Source of the DNA: the human T2T-CHM13v2.0 reference genome, Homo sapiens
Direction: 5' to 3' (one strand)
Length of the DNA stretch: 64,000 nucleotides
NCBI RefSeq assembly: GCF_009914755.1
Contig: NC_060941.1
A program made the position numbers and the translations under genes. Positions 30,340-45,423 of the stretch are shown one piece after another. The notes beneath the pieces were generated by a model. That model worked only from the letters and a program-made list of their open reading frames with translations. It ran no database searches and was not told the DNA's origin. Numbering within the stretch: position 1 is the first letter of the stretch; each line of letters opens with the position of its first letter.

Positions 30340-30510
30340 CCATACTTCATAAAATCTATGATGCTATAGATTGTAAGAGACACCATTATTTAATATACAA
30401 CAAGAAAAACATTACCAAGTTAACTATGACAGATCATCAATTATAAGACATATCTTAATTTTGAAGATGTTAAAATATGGAAAATGTATATTAGAATCAA
30501 TGAATTATGG
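30340..30510. mobile_element. Ancient TcMar-Tigger MITE (MamRep434/Tigger14-like)
   Basis: Degenerate inverted ends ccatacttcat...aatcta / tagaatcaatgaattatgg. Confidence 0.5.
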
Positions 30511-33500
30511 CATGTGTTGAAGAAATAGCATCTGAAGTTAAATCTATTCAACTGAGTAGATCTTTCTGTCTTCAGATTCCATTTTTAGGCTCAGATATCT
30601 TTCCTAGATTAATGGATTTTGGGGGTATCCACCTTTGACTCCCAGCCTTCATCAAATTCGGCAGGTGGGCCCAGAAGAAGTACTTGCCCTCTCTGGTCCT
30701 ACCTGGTGCTCTGTCATTCCCCTTACAGCTCTATCCTAGGAGTGCCTGGTCTGCCTGAGAATCTCTTGTGTTTTTGTAGGCATGGATCTCTGAGTGTGGA
30801 ATGGACCTGCCTTTCCCTCAGGGACTGGAGGTCACTTCTGCCTCCCAAACCCTTCAAGCATCTTCTCTCTCTCCTATGATGGGATGTGATGAGGATAAAC
30901 AAGGAAAGTGCTTTGTCGTGGCAAGAGACATCTGGTCCCCAGTGGCAGCTTCCACAGAGAAGAGAGTGTAAAACCACACACATGTTCACTTTCGTTTGGG
31001 TGAGGAGTAGTCAGAGCTGTTGACTAACGGACAATAGGATGCATGAAAGGTCCACCCATCCAACTTGTGGTCGTCAGTAAATCTCCAGTCGCCCTTGGGG
31101 ACTGGGGAGAATTATTTTCTCCCTCTTGCAATTTACAAGTATCATCTAGGAAAGATAAGACAGTAGCTTCATTGTTGGCAGGCTGTCATGGGCTTTCTTA
31201 ACAGCGTGAGTGTGCTTTCTAATTTTCACACTAGAGGAAAAAAATTAAAAAAAAACAGGCTCTTCAGTTTTGTCTTCCATATACGTGAATCTTATATGGG
31301 CTGTAGAATTGTTCTGTGGGGACAGACAATGAAAAAAAAAAGTGTGATCAGATACCTTCCTCAGAAACGAAATCTAGAAAGAAGAGTAAGCAGTGTGGTA
31401 GATGCTGTGTCTACATCACTACAGTTCTCTTCCGCTGGCATTTTGTTCTGGATGATTCCAGGTGTAGAGCAGAACTTCATGAAAATTATAGTGCAGTAAG
31501 AAGAAGGCATTCTAGTGCCAGACAACCCATGTTTTATGATAGGGATCTAACCCAGTGACACCAGGAAGTCTTTGATCATGGTGCGTAAGTTGTGTAATTC
31601 CCATAGTGGTTCTTGTATTTGACACATGTAAGATTTTCTTTTTGAAGTCTCAATTTCATTACCGAAGACACTGCTCAGAGAACAATTACTGATAGACCCC
31701 AACTGAAGAAGCTTCCTGGGAAGGAGGTGCAGGGTGTGGTCTAGATGCCTACAGTTGGGTATCATGACTGAGAGACGGCAAATAGCATTATTCTTCATCT
31801 GGGTTCCAAGTGGTGGAAAGTGACTGCTTGGCATACCCTGTGAATGATTCTGAGGCTGCTTTAGAACTTCAGGTGGAAAGCCAACTATTACTGATCATGC
31901 CTATCTATGGATTTAGCTAGGGCTTGGGGTAGAGTTGAGTTCTGCCTGTTACACTATGTCTCATTAATTTCCTCTCAGGGAGACAGTATCCTAGCAGGGA
32001 ATGATTTGGAATCAGGCACACCTGGTTTCCATCCTGGTTCTGTTTTTCATCACATGATAGTGGAGCAATTTATGTAATCTCCCTGAACTTCCATTTTCTC
32101 ATTTGCCAAGTGGGAAAGAGCTCACTCTGCCATGCACTCTCCAAAAAGGCTTTGTCTAACTCATGTGATCTTCATAAATGCCTGGCAGAGTCAATACCTG
32201 GAATCTGTAGAAGAAAGACACTTTTCACATGGGGAAATTCTTTCCCCTCAGGCTAGTGCCTTCAGACCGAGTCTAATGTACTCTGCAGGCTCTGCTTGGA
32301 TCATTTGTGCCTGATGTCTGAAAAAAAAAAAAAAAAAAAAAACAACCAGAAGCACTCCCTACATTTGAGAAAAAGGACATCTGGGAATTAATCCTGAAGT
32401 TGGGAGGAAGGTTGCTGAGTCTGGATTCAGCCTGAGGGGCAGATGGCTAGGGATGTCCCCAGAGTGTCCCCACCTCCACTTCATGTGCAGATGACACTGA
32501 CAGCTGTGGTGAGGAAGGGCCTTGCCATGTCCATGCCATACTCATTAAGCCATGATATCTAACAGCCAACAGCTCTGCAACCTGTACCTACTTCCAAGGA
32601 GTCAAGCTCTATCTGCTTCCAGGCTCTGCTGAATCTGCCTGTATTTAAGTGCCCCATTTCTTTCCCAGAAGTAATAAAACAGTCATCTCGTTGACATTAA
32701 GTGCGGAGTAGCAGACAGCAAGACTCATATTCCAAAATCTCAGGACCCTGCCAGTTATGACAAGACACTCTTCTGGCTACAGAATTAACATGCTACTCCG
32801 GGTTTAAATGGGGGGATTAGGCTAACACAGAGCAAACCAGTTTCTTCCTTATTTTCCCTGACATCACTTGAGATCTCCCAGAAAATGGATAGTTTTCAAC
32901 TCTCTGATTTGTGCGCAACTAGGATCATCTTGCAGGAAGGCTGTTCAAGGAGATGGGTTTGGGGTTTCTGCCTTGAGAAGCTGATAAGGATGGGGTTTTC
33001 TGCCTAGCGATTACTGTAGCAGAAGTGGCCCTACCTTCCATCCTCCTGCGATGGGGCCTCCTTTTCCTGAGCCTTTACTGTCCCAAAGTAGCAGCAGGAC
33101 TGGACAGCTCTGCCCACAGCATCTCCCGCTCCTGCATTCCTACATTCCAGGCCTCAGCTGGAGACTACACTTTCTCCTTACTCCCTCTTCTCTCCAAATC
33201 CCGGCTTCTCAGTCTCTCTCCTAGACTTGCAATCTAATATAGCCACCAAAAAAATGTCTGCCTATTTTGAAATCATGGAAAACTGTTGGTTTATTTCTAC
33301 CTTTTTTGGGTGGTGTGAAGGAATAAGCAAAGAAACACTACATTTTAGGAAAAGGAGAAATGTGTACAATGCTGATTTTTAAGTTCCAGCTTTAGTCAGT
33401 TTAGGAGCATAAGGCTATCCTCTACGACTCAGTTTGCTAATTAAGTGGTGATTGGAATATTAAATTTTAAAGTATAATTTAGTCAGACAATAATTACCAG

Positions 33501-35199
33501 CGAACTAATTAAATTTACTTTTCAATGGTTTTCACTTTCACCGCAGTGAACCTGTAAGTTACTGAGCTGCAAGGAATCGAGCATCTTTCCTTTTGTCAGA
33601 GAAGAAAAAGCAGGCAAAGCAATGATAATCAAAGAGTCTTTCTTCTACGTTGTATTTCGTATGAATTGTGTAGTAGTTAAGTGCATAGGCCCAGGAGCTG
33701 AGCTATTTGGTTCATGGTATGACTTGGATACTCACTGGCCGTGTGATCTTGACCAAGTTGCTAAACCTCTCTATCCCCCAGTTTCTTCATATTAATTAGT
33801 GTCCATCTCATAGAGTCACTGTGCATAATAAATTATTTATTATACAGTTTATAGAATGGTGCCTGGCACATATTTAAATGGTAAATTAGTCCTATCTATG
33901 ATGATTTTTAACAATCTTTGTGCTTTCTAAACTTATCTCCTTCAATGTCAAGCCTATTAAAAAATACAAATTTCTATAAATTAATCTGGAGGAAAAAAGA
34001 GAACAAGAAAAGAAAGTCATTGATAACACCTGCCACACAAAATTAGCCAATCATTCATAAATTTTGACCTATCACTGTCCGCATTTGTTTCCAATGCTTC
34101 TCTTTCATCCTCTTCACAGAATGCTGCTCGCTTACTGAGCTCTGAGCAAGTTCCATCCCATCTTGCTTACCTTGCTCTCCCCACAAGATCCTCTCAGACT
34201 AGACTCTCCTTTTATTTATTGGGTCTTCTCTTTTGAAACTGCTCCCTGTATCTCATTCATGGTCAACTTTTGACTTCAGGTCAGACATTTTGTTTTCCCC
34301 TTATTGAAATAAGTCTCTGTTTCTATTAATATAGACTCCCAGTCTTCACTAAGACTCTGCCTTAGTTTCCATTTTCACTCTTGCAGCTTGAATAGAGCAC
34401 CAAAGAGAACAAATGAATGTGCTTTTCCAGGAGAAATAAAGTTACACACATCCCACTGAAAATGGAGGAGGGGGCCTGAAAACTTTCTAGCTCATTTTTA
34501 CTAATTAAATACGTATGTGATGCTATTTATATTTTATTATTTAGTAACTTGTCTTTGTTTTATTACCTTAGAGAATGCAAAATCAACCATAAGGGTTTTA
34601 AAGCATAGATTTATAGCACTTTCTTTAACCCTCTTTTTGCCAGAAGGTCTTAAGTTCCTTAATTGCAAATTTTCCCACTTTGAGGGTGGAGAACTAGGGA
34701 AGGGAGAGACAGTACTTTTCCTGAACTTTCCATTCCATATTGCTGGGCTCCTCTGTGGGGCACCTGCATTTCCTGAGTCTGAGGTCTTTCCACATTGCCT
34801 TGCAGGGTTATGTGACTGTCTTGCTGGGACGCCTGGTCTCAGCGGTCCCTTTCAGCACTGTCTGCATGATTTTCACAGAAACATCTTAGTTCCAGCTACG
34901 TTTGCCACTCTGGGCAGTTGTTTGGCAAGCATGCCATGTTAACATGCCATGTTCTTTCATGTTTCTGTGCCTTAGTGAGGGCTTTCCTTCCATCTTCCAC
35001 TATTCTATTCATTAACTTAATAAACATATTATGCAGCTACTGTGTGCTAGCGATTGGGGATTCAAAGGTGATTGAGTAAAAGTCTCTCCCTTAAGGGAGA
35101 TTTTATTATAATTCCTGAGAAGGACAAATACTGAGTAAACAATTGAGTAACGAAGACAATTACAGTGCTGTGAAGGCAATAACCAGGGTGATAAGATAA

Positions 35200-35626
35200 G
35201 GCAGTGGTTCTCAGCTGTGGCTATACATCAGAATCCTTTGGAGAACTTCCAAACTTATGGGTGCCTGGGCCCCATTCTCAGATCAATCAAATCAGAATTT
35301 CTGGGAATGAGGTCCAAGTTCTAGTATTTTAAAAACTCCCCAAGAACATTTTTAAAAACAGTTTTATTGAAGAATAATTTACATACCATAAAATTCACCC
35401 ACTGTAAGTGTACAATTCGACAGTTTTTAGTAAATTGCAGAATTGTGCAACCATCTCCATAGTTCAGTTTTAGAACATTTCCATCACCCAAAAAGCTTCC
35501 TCCCACCCATTTACAGTAACTCCCCACTCCCACCCCTGGGCAACCACTGATCTTCTTTCTATAGATTTGCCTTTTCTAGACAATTCATTCCCCAGGGAGT
35601 TTTTGGTGTAGTCTGGATTGAGGACC
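35200..35626. mobile_element. MER5-like element split by an antisense L1MB 3' fragment (about 35348-35590)
   Basis: cagtggttctcag...aaaactcccca, then L1MB tail (tttattgaagaataatttacatacc...), then ccccagg...gattgaggacc. Confidence 0.7.
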
Positions 35627-37284
35627 TTTATGACTGAGCAAATGAGGAAGACAGTGGTGAAGTTAGATCTGAAGGATGAGAACAAACCAGCTGTGCAAAC
35701 AGTGTGTAGAAGAGCCCTCTGGCAGAGGGCATAGCAAAGGCTAGGGCTTGGAGGAAGGAAAGAGCTTGGCCCAGGAGCAGAAAGGAGGCCGCTGCACTTA
35801 ATGAGCAAGGGTGAGAGTAGAGCAAGAGTCAGGGTCCAGAACCTTCAGAGCTTTGTGGTATGGTGAGGAGCTTGAGTTTTCTCCCAGGAGCATTGGGAGA
35901 TCACTAAGGGGTTTTACATAGCAGTGTGACATACCTCAATCCTCATTTAAAGAATTGAGCAGTTTTGTAGAGACTATATTAGAGGGAGGAGAAAGAGGGA
36001 AGCAGGAAGGTCAGTTAGAAGACTAGTTCTATGTGGCTGAATTCAGTTCATTCTTTAAGGCCTGATTAAATGTGACCCATTTTGGGAGGCTTTCTCAGTG
36101 TTCCTACTTTTGCTTCCATAGAGCTCAATTTACACTTTCATTAAACCAACAATTATATGCAATCGTTAATAATCTGTTTACATGTCTATCATAGGCTATC
36201 AACTCGTTTGGTGGATTGCATGGGGAAAAACATCTCACTGAACAAGTAAATTAATGGGAAATACAATAAACAAATAAAAATGAGAAAGAAAAAAGAATTA
36301 TATGTTGTTTTTCCTTCTATTTCTAGCACTTGGCACTATGCCTGGTACAGTAACAGGTGTTCAGGAAATAAATGTTTGTTGAATTGAATGATGCATCTCT
36401 TCAAGGATCAAGACCATGCTTTATGTTTTGAATCCCCACAACAAGAAGCATAATTTAATGTACAAAATAGGCAATGCATAATTTCATGTTGCATACATGA
36501 ATCTACCTTGAGACTGAATTCCATCAGCACAAGGAATATAATGTGTGATAATAATGTATAGTATTCAAAGCACTTTCCTTCATTGGGGAAATTGTTGCTG
36601 AGCACCTATAAGATAACAGGCATTATGTTATGTGGTGCTGGCTAGTATCTGGTTTAACAAGATAGTAAGAGTTCCCTTGAGAGTGACTGTGGTCTTGTTG
36701 AAGGAAGCTAAGGAGCAGGGGATCATGTAACAGGCTTGAAGGGAAGAAAGTCAAATTTCATTATCCCCATTTTACAGATGAGAAAACCAAGGCAGATTAA
36801 AGTGCATGTCTAAGGTATTAGTTGAGATGCAAACCTGTGCCTTCTGCTTCCAAGTTCTTTTGTTGGCTAGTGGCTCTTGGAAAGAAATGCCACGTCTGGG
36901 ACACTTGGGCATTTCCCTGTAGAAAGCAATGGTTGTCTCTAGGAGGCACACCATGGTGAACGCTTCTGAAGCATGGAATTTGCAGCTGGAGGAGACCCTG
37001 GAGAGCATTTGCTTTCGCTGCTTTATTTTATAGATAATGAAACTGAGGCCCACAGAAATGAAAGGACTTTCTTTCAGGTTACACAGGTATTTAGTCAGAA
37101 GGCCATGCATTCTCAGAGTGAAAAGCCCTTATTCATTTTATTGTTAAGGAAATTTAGAACCAGTGACATGAAATGATTTGTCTAAAATCACACAACTAGG
37201 AAATGGCAGAACTCCAACAAGAACTTAGGTCCTCTAGCTCTTAGATCTGTTTTCTCACCACTAATTTGTAGAACACTTAAATGC

Positions 37285-37785
37285 TTATATCTGTTGTCCA
37301 CCAAAAGACATAAAAATGTTCATGCCACCTTTTTTAATAATAGCGCAAAATAGAAATAACAAAAACCTTCCTAAGTGGTAGAATGAGTGCTTACATTGCG
37401 GTATGGTGACAACATGGAATATTACACAGCAGTGAAAAAGAATGAACTACTGCTTCACAAAACAAACATGGGTAAATCTTAACAGATACAATGATGTGCA
37501 AAAGAAGTCAGACAAAAAAAGAGTCCAGACTACATGATTTCACTTATGTGAAATTCAAGAACAGGCAAAATAGTGATTGAGGTCTTAATAGTGCCAGCGG
37601 CTATGGCTGATGGGGAACATTAGTGGAACCTTGCAGGGTGCTGGGAATGTTCTGTGTCTGGATCTGGTGGAGGTAACATAGGGGTATCAACATGGATAAA
37701 AATCTGCCAATATATCCTCTTAAGATCTGTGTGCATTTCTAAATGCAAGTTATACCTCAATAGATGTAATGAATGAAAAATAAAG
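37285..37785 (+). mobile_element. Old L1M (MC/ME-like) 3' fragment
   Basis: atggaatattacacagcagtgaaaaagaatgaactact...tgtgcatttct...ttatacctcaat. Confidence 0.7.
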
Positions 37786-40666
37786 TTTCCACTGTCATAT
37801 CCCATTGTTCTCACTACAGATCTGAGAGGTAAGACCAGGTTTAAGAATATTAGGCTTAGGGAATTTGCTGACCAATCTCACAGCCCAGGGAACATGTCAG
37901 CCTAGCCATAAGCTCTGCTTGAAAAAGCTGCTGGTTTTCAGTCAATTGAAGAAAGGTTTTAAAGTTTCTTAGAGAGTTTATAAATGTGTTAATTACAGTC
38001 ATCAAGATTTTGTATTGCAATAAATGTTTATCTAATGGGTTTAAATTAGGCAATTTACTCAATTTGCTTGTTATTTCCTAATTAACTTCTGAAATCCTCT
38101 TTCTCTGACTTTTCAACCTATACCAATAGAGTTTGGATCTAAGAAATTTTATTTTCCTTTTAGCAGTACGTATAGCTTTTTTTCCTTTTTCTTGTTTACC
38201 CATCCAAAAGTTCTACAGGCAATTTCAAATGTACATCTGCATCTCTGTTTCTTGAACTTTTGATTTTGTTTTGTTTTAGGGCAAGACTCCTTGTCCCTAG
38301 AAAAGCTTACTGCTATTATTTACAATAGAAGCTAATAGAAAGCAAATAAATGACCAATGACAGGAAAGGCTCAAGTGAACTATAATGCATCTGCTAGATG
38401 GAATATAATGCAGCCATTAAAATACAACAATAGCTTGGAAAGTGCTTATAATATTGTAAGTGGAAAAAGCGAGCAAAATTGTCCATATAGCATGTCTCAA
38501 CTAAGCAAAATTACACATGTCTAAAAGTAAAGTATACTAAATGTCAACAATGATTACGTTTAGGTAGGAGAACTAGAGTATATTGTTATTTTCCTACTTT
38601 TCTGTATTTCCCAAATTTACTTTAAAGAATATGCACTATATTTATAATTTCAAAAATGACATCTTTGAAGACAAACAAAATTCATTTTCAATATCTTTAA
38701 GGCTTCCTTTCTAAATGTATTCTGTTTTTCAAAGCTATTGAGTTTCTCATATTACTAATAACTTTATAGCTTTAAATCAGTAAACTGAAGTTTATTAAGC
38801 CCTGACTTGGCATCTAGATCTTCTCATAGCACTATGAGACCTAAATAAAAAAAAAAAATACAATGATGCAAATAAAAGGAACAAAAGTGATAGGGAAAAA
38901 ATAGAGGCTAATGTAAGAATGAAAACAGTTTATTTTGACCTATTGCTTATTAGACCCTTGAAATCAGTTTTCTCATAAACACTCCCTGATGAAGGTAGAT
39001 GTGATCATTCCCATTCATTTATTCCACAGGCATTTCTAAACACCTATTATGTGTCAGGCACTGTGTTCAATGCTGGGGTTACAAAGATAAGTAACATACC
39101 AACATTGTGGCTATATGTCATTTATACCAAAATTATTATACCTAAGAAAAGTATAGCCCTTTATCTCAAGGAAGCTTGCCCACAGAAGAGATGCAAAAAA
39201 CAGATTCAGAAAGGTTAAATGACTTGTCTCTGTCCCACAGAAGGACAGTGCTAGAGCCAGGATTTAAATTAAGATCTCTTGGGCTTTACTAACATGCTCT
39301 TTGTAGCACATCCAGCAGCTTCTCTGCAACATCCTGGTATCGAGGACCATCATATGATACAGACGACGGATGCTGCAGGACTGACAAACTCCTCAGTAGC
39401 TGGCAAAGCTTTCCTGAACAATGGAGGACCTCACTGGGCTTTATAGTGGGTAAGATTTAGATATGTGGACATATCGGGGAAGATATTAACAGCAGGCAGG
39501 TGAGAATGACCCCATGATCATGGTGCTGGGGTGCAGAAGGGAAGGATGTGCTGGGTTGAGGTTGGGGGTGATTTTCCTTCAGTGAATCACAACTGAGTCC
39601 AGTGAATTATGTCAAATATAATGCAGGGGCTGCAATAAGGAATGACAAAGAGCTGGCCTTTGATTCCTCAGATATTCATTAAACATCTATATTTGGTTGG
39701 GGGCAAGGAATGAAGTGATACATATAAGCCATCATCCATCTTGGAAGGGAAATGGGTCCATAATCAGATCATGAGGCCAAAACATGGGACAGAATGCTGT
39801 CATTTAGCTTTCAGCCTCAAATTGTCACCTCTGCAGAAAGACCCGGTCTGTAGTAGTCATCCAGTCATTTCCCATAGACCCCAATCTTAAATCTATACAG
39901 AATATTGATCAACATTGGTTATGTTTCTCAGTTTGTCACTTTTAAACAAAAGTGATTGCTTATCTCTTTTCATTAGAATATAAAATCCAAGAAAGCAGGA
40001 ACCATGTCTGTCTGATTTCTAGCTGAATTCTTAGATCCTCAAACAAAGCTTGAAAAAGAAAACATTCACTAAATATTTATTGAGTTAATTAAGTGATTTT
40101 TTTGGAGCACCAAGAAGGGTTTCTAGCCTGGACAGGAATGGGGCATGGATGTCAGAGAAGGCTTCCTGCAGAAGGTGGCAGTGAGATGGGCCTTAAAGTA
40201 TGAGCAAGTTCTGTATGGAATCAGGGCAAGAGCGAGAGGGCTGAGGGAAGAGAGGAAGGGCATTCCAAGGCACAGGCAGACAATGGTGGTGAAACGTGCT
40301 ATGCAGAGGAGCTGGGAAGTGTCAGGCAGGACTTGCCTAAAGATGCAGCTCAAGAAGAAGCCCCGGAAGCTTCCATTTTATTTGAAGGACAAAGGAGATC
40401 AATTGGAGAGTTTGTAAGTGGAGATATGACATGATCAAATCAGCATTTAAAAAAATTCAGCAGTATGGAAAGACACATTAGGGTGACACAAGATTGGGGA
40501 TGAGGTTCCCTGTTGAGAAAAAGTGGCCCCTTACCCTCCAGGAGCTGGGCTGGGACTATCAGCCAGGACTTGATGCTTGCTTGATCAAAATAAATATTTT
40601 CTCCAACCACACCAGACAAGGCCACTGCAATTCCAATGGGTCAAGTCAAAAAACAAGATCACCCTA

Positions 40667-41533
<867 letters not shown>

Positions 41534-41869
41534 CTATGATTTATTAGTAATGGTTTACTAATTACAGTTTTAACCCTGCTGCATTCTTCCAGCTGTGTAG
41601 ATAAGATTTACTAGGATATGCAATCTTAGAACTAGCCCCATTTCCTGACAGCACACAGTCCAGAGTGAAGCCCTGCTTCCTTGAACTGTCCTCCAAAGTA
41701 TCTAAATCTGAATCCTGTAAGTCCCTCCTAGCACCTCTTGCTGATATGCCTCATGATATCTCACACTATGCATTGTCCCTCATAGAAACAGCAATACACT
41801 CAACCTGTTCAACAGCAGATGTGTTCCTGCCTTTGTCTGGAAGGCAATGGCACCGCTAAAAGGTTGCTG

Positions 41870-42285
41870 CAGTCACTAATATGCGGAAGCCCACCTGTAC
41901 CAGCTCATGCTGATTGCCAAATTTTTAGGAATTTTGCAAGCCAAGTATTAAACCTAGCACTACTACAAATTAAGTTATATAAACTTATAATTGAAGACAT
42001 TTAAAGATATTAAAAACAACGGTAATACGTTTACTAATTCTTTTCATAATTTTACGTTTTTTTCTGGAGTACATTAGCATTGGTTGCATCTATATGGTAG
42101 AGATAGCATAAAATGGTGTCCTACTGTGCATCTGTTTCCAATCCCATGTTTAGTGTCATCATGTTGCTGTGAAATTCACCATAGTGAAAATATTTACACC
42201 ACTGAAATTGGCAAACACTACAAACCAAGGCTTCTGCTGTGCTTTCTCCAGTTGATTGGTAAACATTTACTAGCACCCCACTGGC
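41870..42285. mobile_element. MER63-like hAT-Blackjack element
   Basis: gtgaaaatatttacaccactgaaattggcaaacactacaaa...taaacatttactagcaccccactgg terminus. Confidence 0.65.
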
Positions 42286-44834
42286 TACACTAATCCACGG
42301 ATGTTGAGGCCTTGAAGAAGATATTGAGAGCAAAGCTGGAGATCTCTGGATGGATTCAAGAAATGTTTAGGTGATAAGGTAATTGATGGAGAAGGAAATT
42401 AATTATCTAAACTCTTCTCCTGCCCTCTGGTATAAAAAGTATAAGCATCAGATTTTCTTTGTCTAAGGAGTCCTATCTTTGGGCACTGAGATATCCTTTT
42501 GTAATGCTGTCCTGAGTCCCACCTGCTCTCAGGCTGATTGCCTGTCTATGGCTTGAGTACAAGGAAAGGCAAGAAATAGCTCAGGGGAGGATTGCTGACA
42601 GCACTCTTGGAGTACTGATGAGAGCCATCAGGATGAGGGGAACTGCTTAACCATCTCCCAAATAGCTCCCCATTTTCAACTAAGAGAACAGTCACAATAG
42701 GTGAGCCTTCCTTTTATGTCAGGGTCTGTTTAGAAATACACATGATCAGGTTATTTATTTACTTTAAAAAGTTCAATTGGCATTAAAATTTCACTTGGAC
42801 TAAATCGGATAATAGAAGAAGCACAGAGTGAACAGAAAAAGCACAAGGTGAATAGAAAAGAGGGTCATAGATAACAGATTAAAAATTATACCACCAGGAG
42901 AGGAACAAAAGCACTGTGCTCTGAAGGAAGCAGCTTCCTCTAGTGATGGTATCTGGCACATTAATAGTCCAGGTAATTAATGGTTGTAAAACACTTCAAA
43001 AGCATAAAGCACTGCATCAATGCTGAGACATAATTGTGCCATTATATCAGAACGTGGAGCTTCAGTACTGCACACCTACGGTGCAGGTTTTTAAATTGCT
43101 GCAGTCTTGGCATAAATCCGTTGGCTTCCATCAGGCGCTGGCCTGCCCCATTCACCCAGGCTGCTGTAAGGGGCCACGCCTGTGCTTACATGTGAAATAA
43201 GAAGTGGTCAGCACATGCCCCTCCTCCCCCATGGAGCACTTTCAGATGATCAGGCCCTGTTCAGAACTCCAGTAACTCACTCTCAGGTGACCCTAAGGTC
43301 AGTGTTATTTTCCATGGTTGTTTGCATGTTTCACCTGAAGGTCTAGGATCATTCCACCTGCTTCTCTTGCCTTCTGTGAAGGGACCTGCCCATGAGAGAG
43401 AGCTGGAGCTTTAGTGGATTCTCGATAAAGCTGTGTGCAATTACACAGTGAGGGTGAAAGCTTTCCCCTCCGAATGGCTCCACTCCCACACTAGAATCCT
43501 AATGTCCCATAGGATATACCGGCTTTTCCAACCACTCATGGGAAGCAGGTATTATAAAAAAAATTCCTACTTTGTAGATAGGAGAATAAAGGCTCAAAAG
43601 GTCAAGTCAAATGCAGAGGGCTCAAGCCTAGCTCTGACCCTAAATCTAGCACTCTTTCTTCAATGTTTCCAAGCTCTCAGGTGGCTTATGCCACTGTTTA
43701 ATTTTCTACTGCCTTGTTTCCTGCTACAGTCAAAATCATAACCATGCCAAGGACAGAACCCACTGACATTGCAGAGAGTGCTTTTCCAGAGCTCAGAGTG
43801 CTTTGGTATTTGTCATTTTAATTAATCTGGTCTGTGACTTCATTTCTAGCTGCATGATCTTCGGCAAGACCTTAACCTCTTGGGGCCTCAGTTACTTCAA
43901 TTGTCACATTCATTAACTCAACATTGAAGTAAGGTGGGCAAAATTTTATTAGTATTAAATTATTAATAAATATGCATTAATAATGACCTCTTAAACTTTT
44001 ATAACTCTTCAGAGTTTACAAAGCACTTTCTCAAGTGTCTTCTTAATCTCTTCTTCCAACAGCTCTGGAAGGTCGCTAAGGCAAATGTTACTACTCCAGT
44101 GGGAGTGTGAAGAAATTGAGGCCTAGAGGCTCCAGAGGCATTTTATATAAAATGTGTTTTGGGAAAATATTAGTCCCTCAAGATACTCTATGAAGAAATG
44201 TACGAGTGGGAAATGCTATGTTGCCTACTTAGAAAAAAGGGCAAGGCAAATTAAAGGCTGTTGTAAGTCCTGCGGTAAGGAAACCTGCTTAATTTTGTTT
44301 AAATATGTTTGCTGAAACATATAACCATGAAAGAGAAACTGCTTTCTCTGAACACCTATTAATATTTCATAAAACTAGGTTTTCTGGTGCTCCTGTTCCA
44401 TGGAACCCTTAGTATAATCAAGACTAAGCAATTTGATCAAGGTCATGTGCCTGGCAAAACCAGTTCTTCTGTTTCTGAGTCAATGTGAAACATTTTACAG
44501 CCCTCTGTCCATAACAAATTTAACAACCTTTTTTGTTCAGTTTCCTAGCTGTTTTTGCTCAGTGGAGCTGGGCAACCACTCCAACCCCCATTAAATTCCA
44601 CTTGTTGCCAATGAAATGCTAAGTTACCTGTACTGAGCAAATTTCACATCACTGTGTAGCTGGCCCAGATTCTCTCTTGTCTCTCTTAAACATCCGGCCA
44701 AAGGTACAGGGGTGGGAGTTCAGGGAAAGGTGTAGTGAAATTTCTGGTGTCTTGTTGGCTTTTCTTTCTGAGTTGCGTTGAACATTCCAGAGACAGTACT
44801 AAACACCAACAATTAGGTAAAGAGACTAAAACAG

Positions 44835-45051
44835 CAGTGCTCATCTAGAAGCAGCTCCACCCCCGCCTCCTGCCTGGGGACATTTGAAAGTATCTGGGGA
44901 CATTTTTGGCTGTCACCCCAGGTGGGTGCTACTGGCATCTAGTAAGCAGAGGCCAGGGATGATGATGAATGCCCTATGGTACAAGGGAAAGCCTTCTACA
45001 ACAAAGAATTATCCTGCACAATTATCAAAAGTGCTGATGTGAAGAAACCCT
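44835..45051. mobile_element. MER20 hAT-Charlie element
   Basis: ggggacatttttggctgtcac...tgctactggcatctagtaagcagaggccagggatg...agtgctgatgtgaagaaaccctg. Confidence 0.85.
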
Positions 45052-45423
45052 GGACTAAAGGAAGTGAGATGGTTTGGGTTGCGTGTCCAATTATTGAGGC
45101 AGCTTGGATTACTGAAGACAGCATTGTTCCGTTGCCTGAGAGTCAGTGTTCAAGCCCTGCTTCACCAGAGTGAGAAAGACTTCTGGGGCTCACTGCCATA
45201 TAGTTCTCCTCTAATTCCTGGTACAGATAAAATTCATACAGTGAACTCCTCCCTGCCTCTTACCATGGATTGGTAGAGTCCTGTCACTTAGTGCCTGGCA
45301 GTGAGCTGCAGGTGAAATGATCAGGCCCCTAAGCCATCCATGAGACCTTCCATCCATGCTCCTTTTTACCATCTGCCGGTAAAATCCAGGGGAGAATTCT
45401 GAAATCTGACTGAGATAATGAAT

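Noticed and set aside
34930-34953. Short direct repeat catgccatgtt x2 (similar ones near 56094 and 61743)
   Set aside because: 10-13-bp duplications are common slippage products with no further support.
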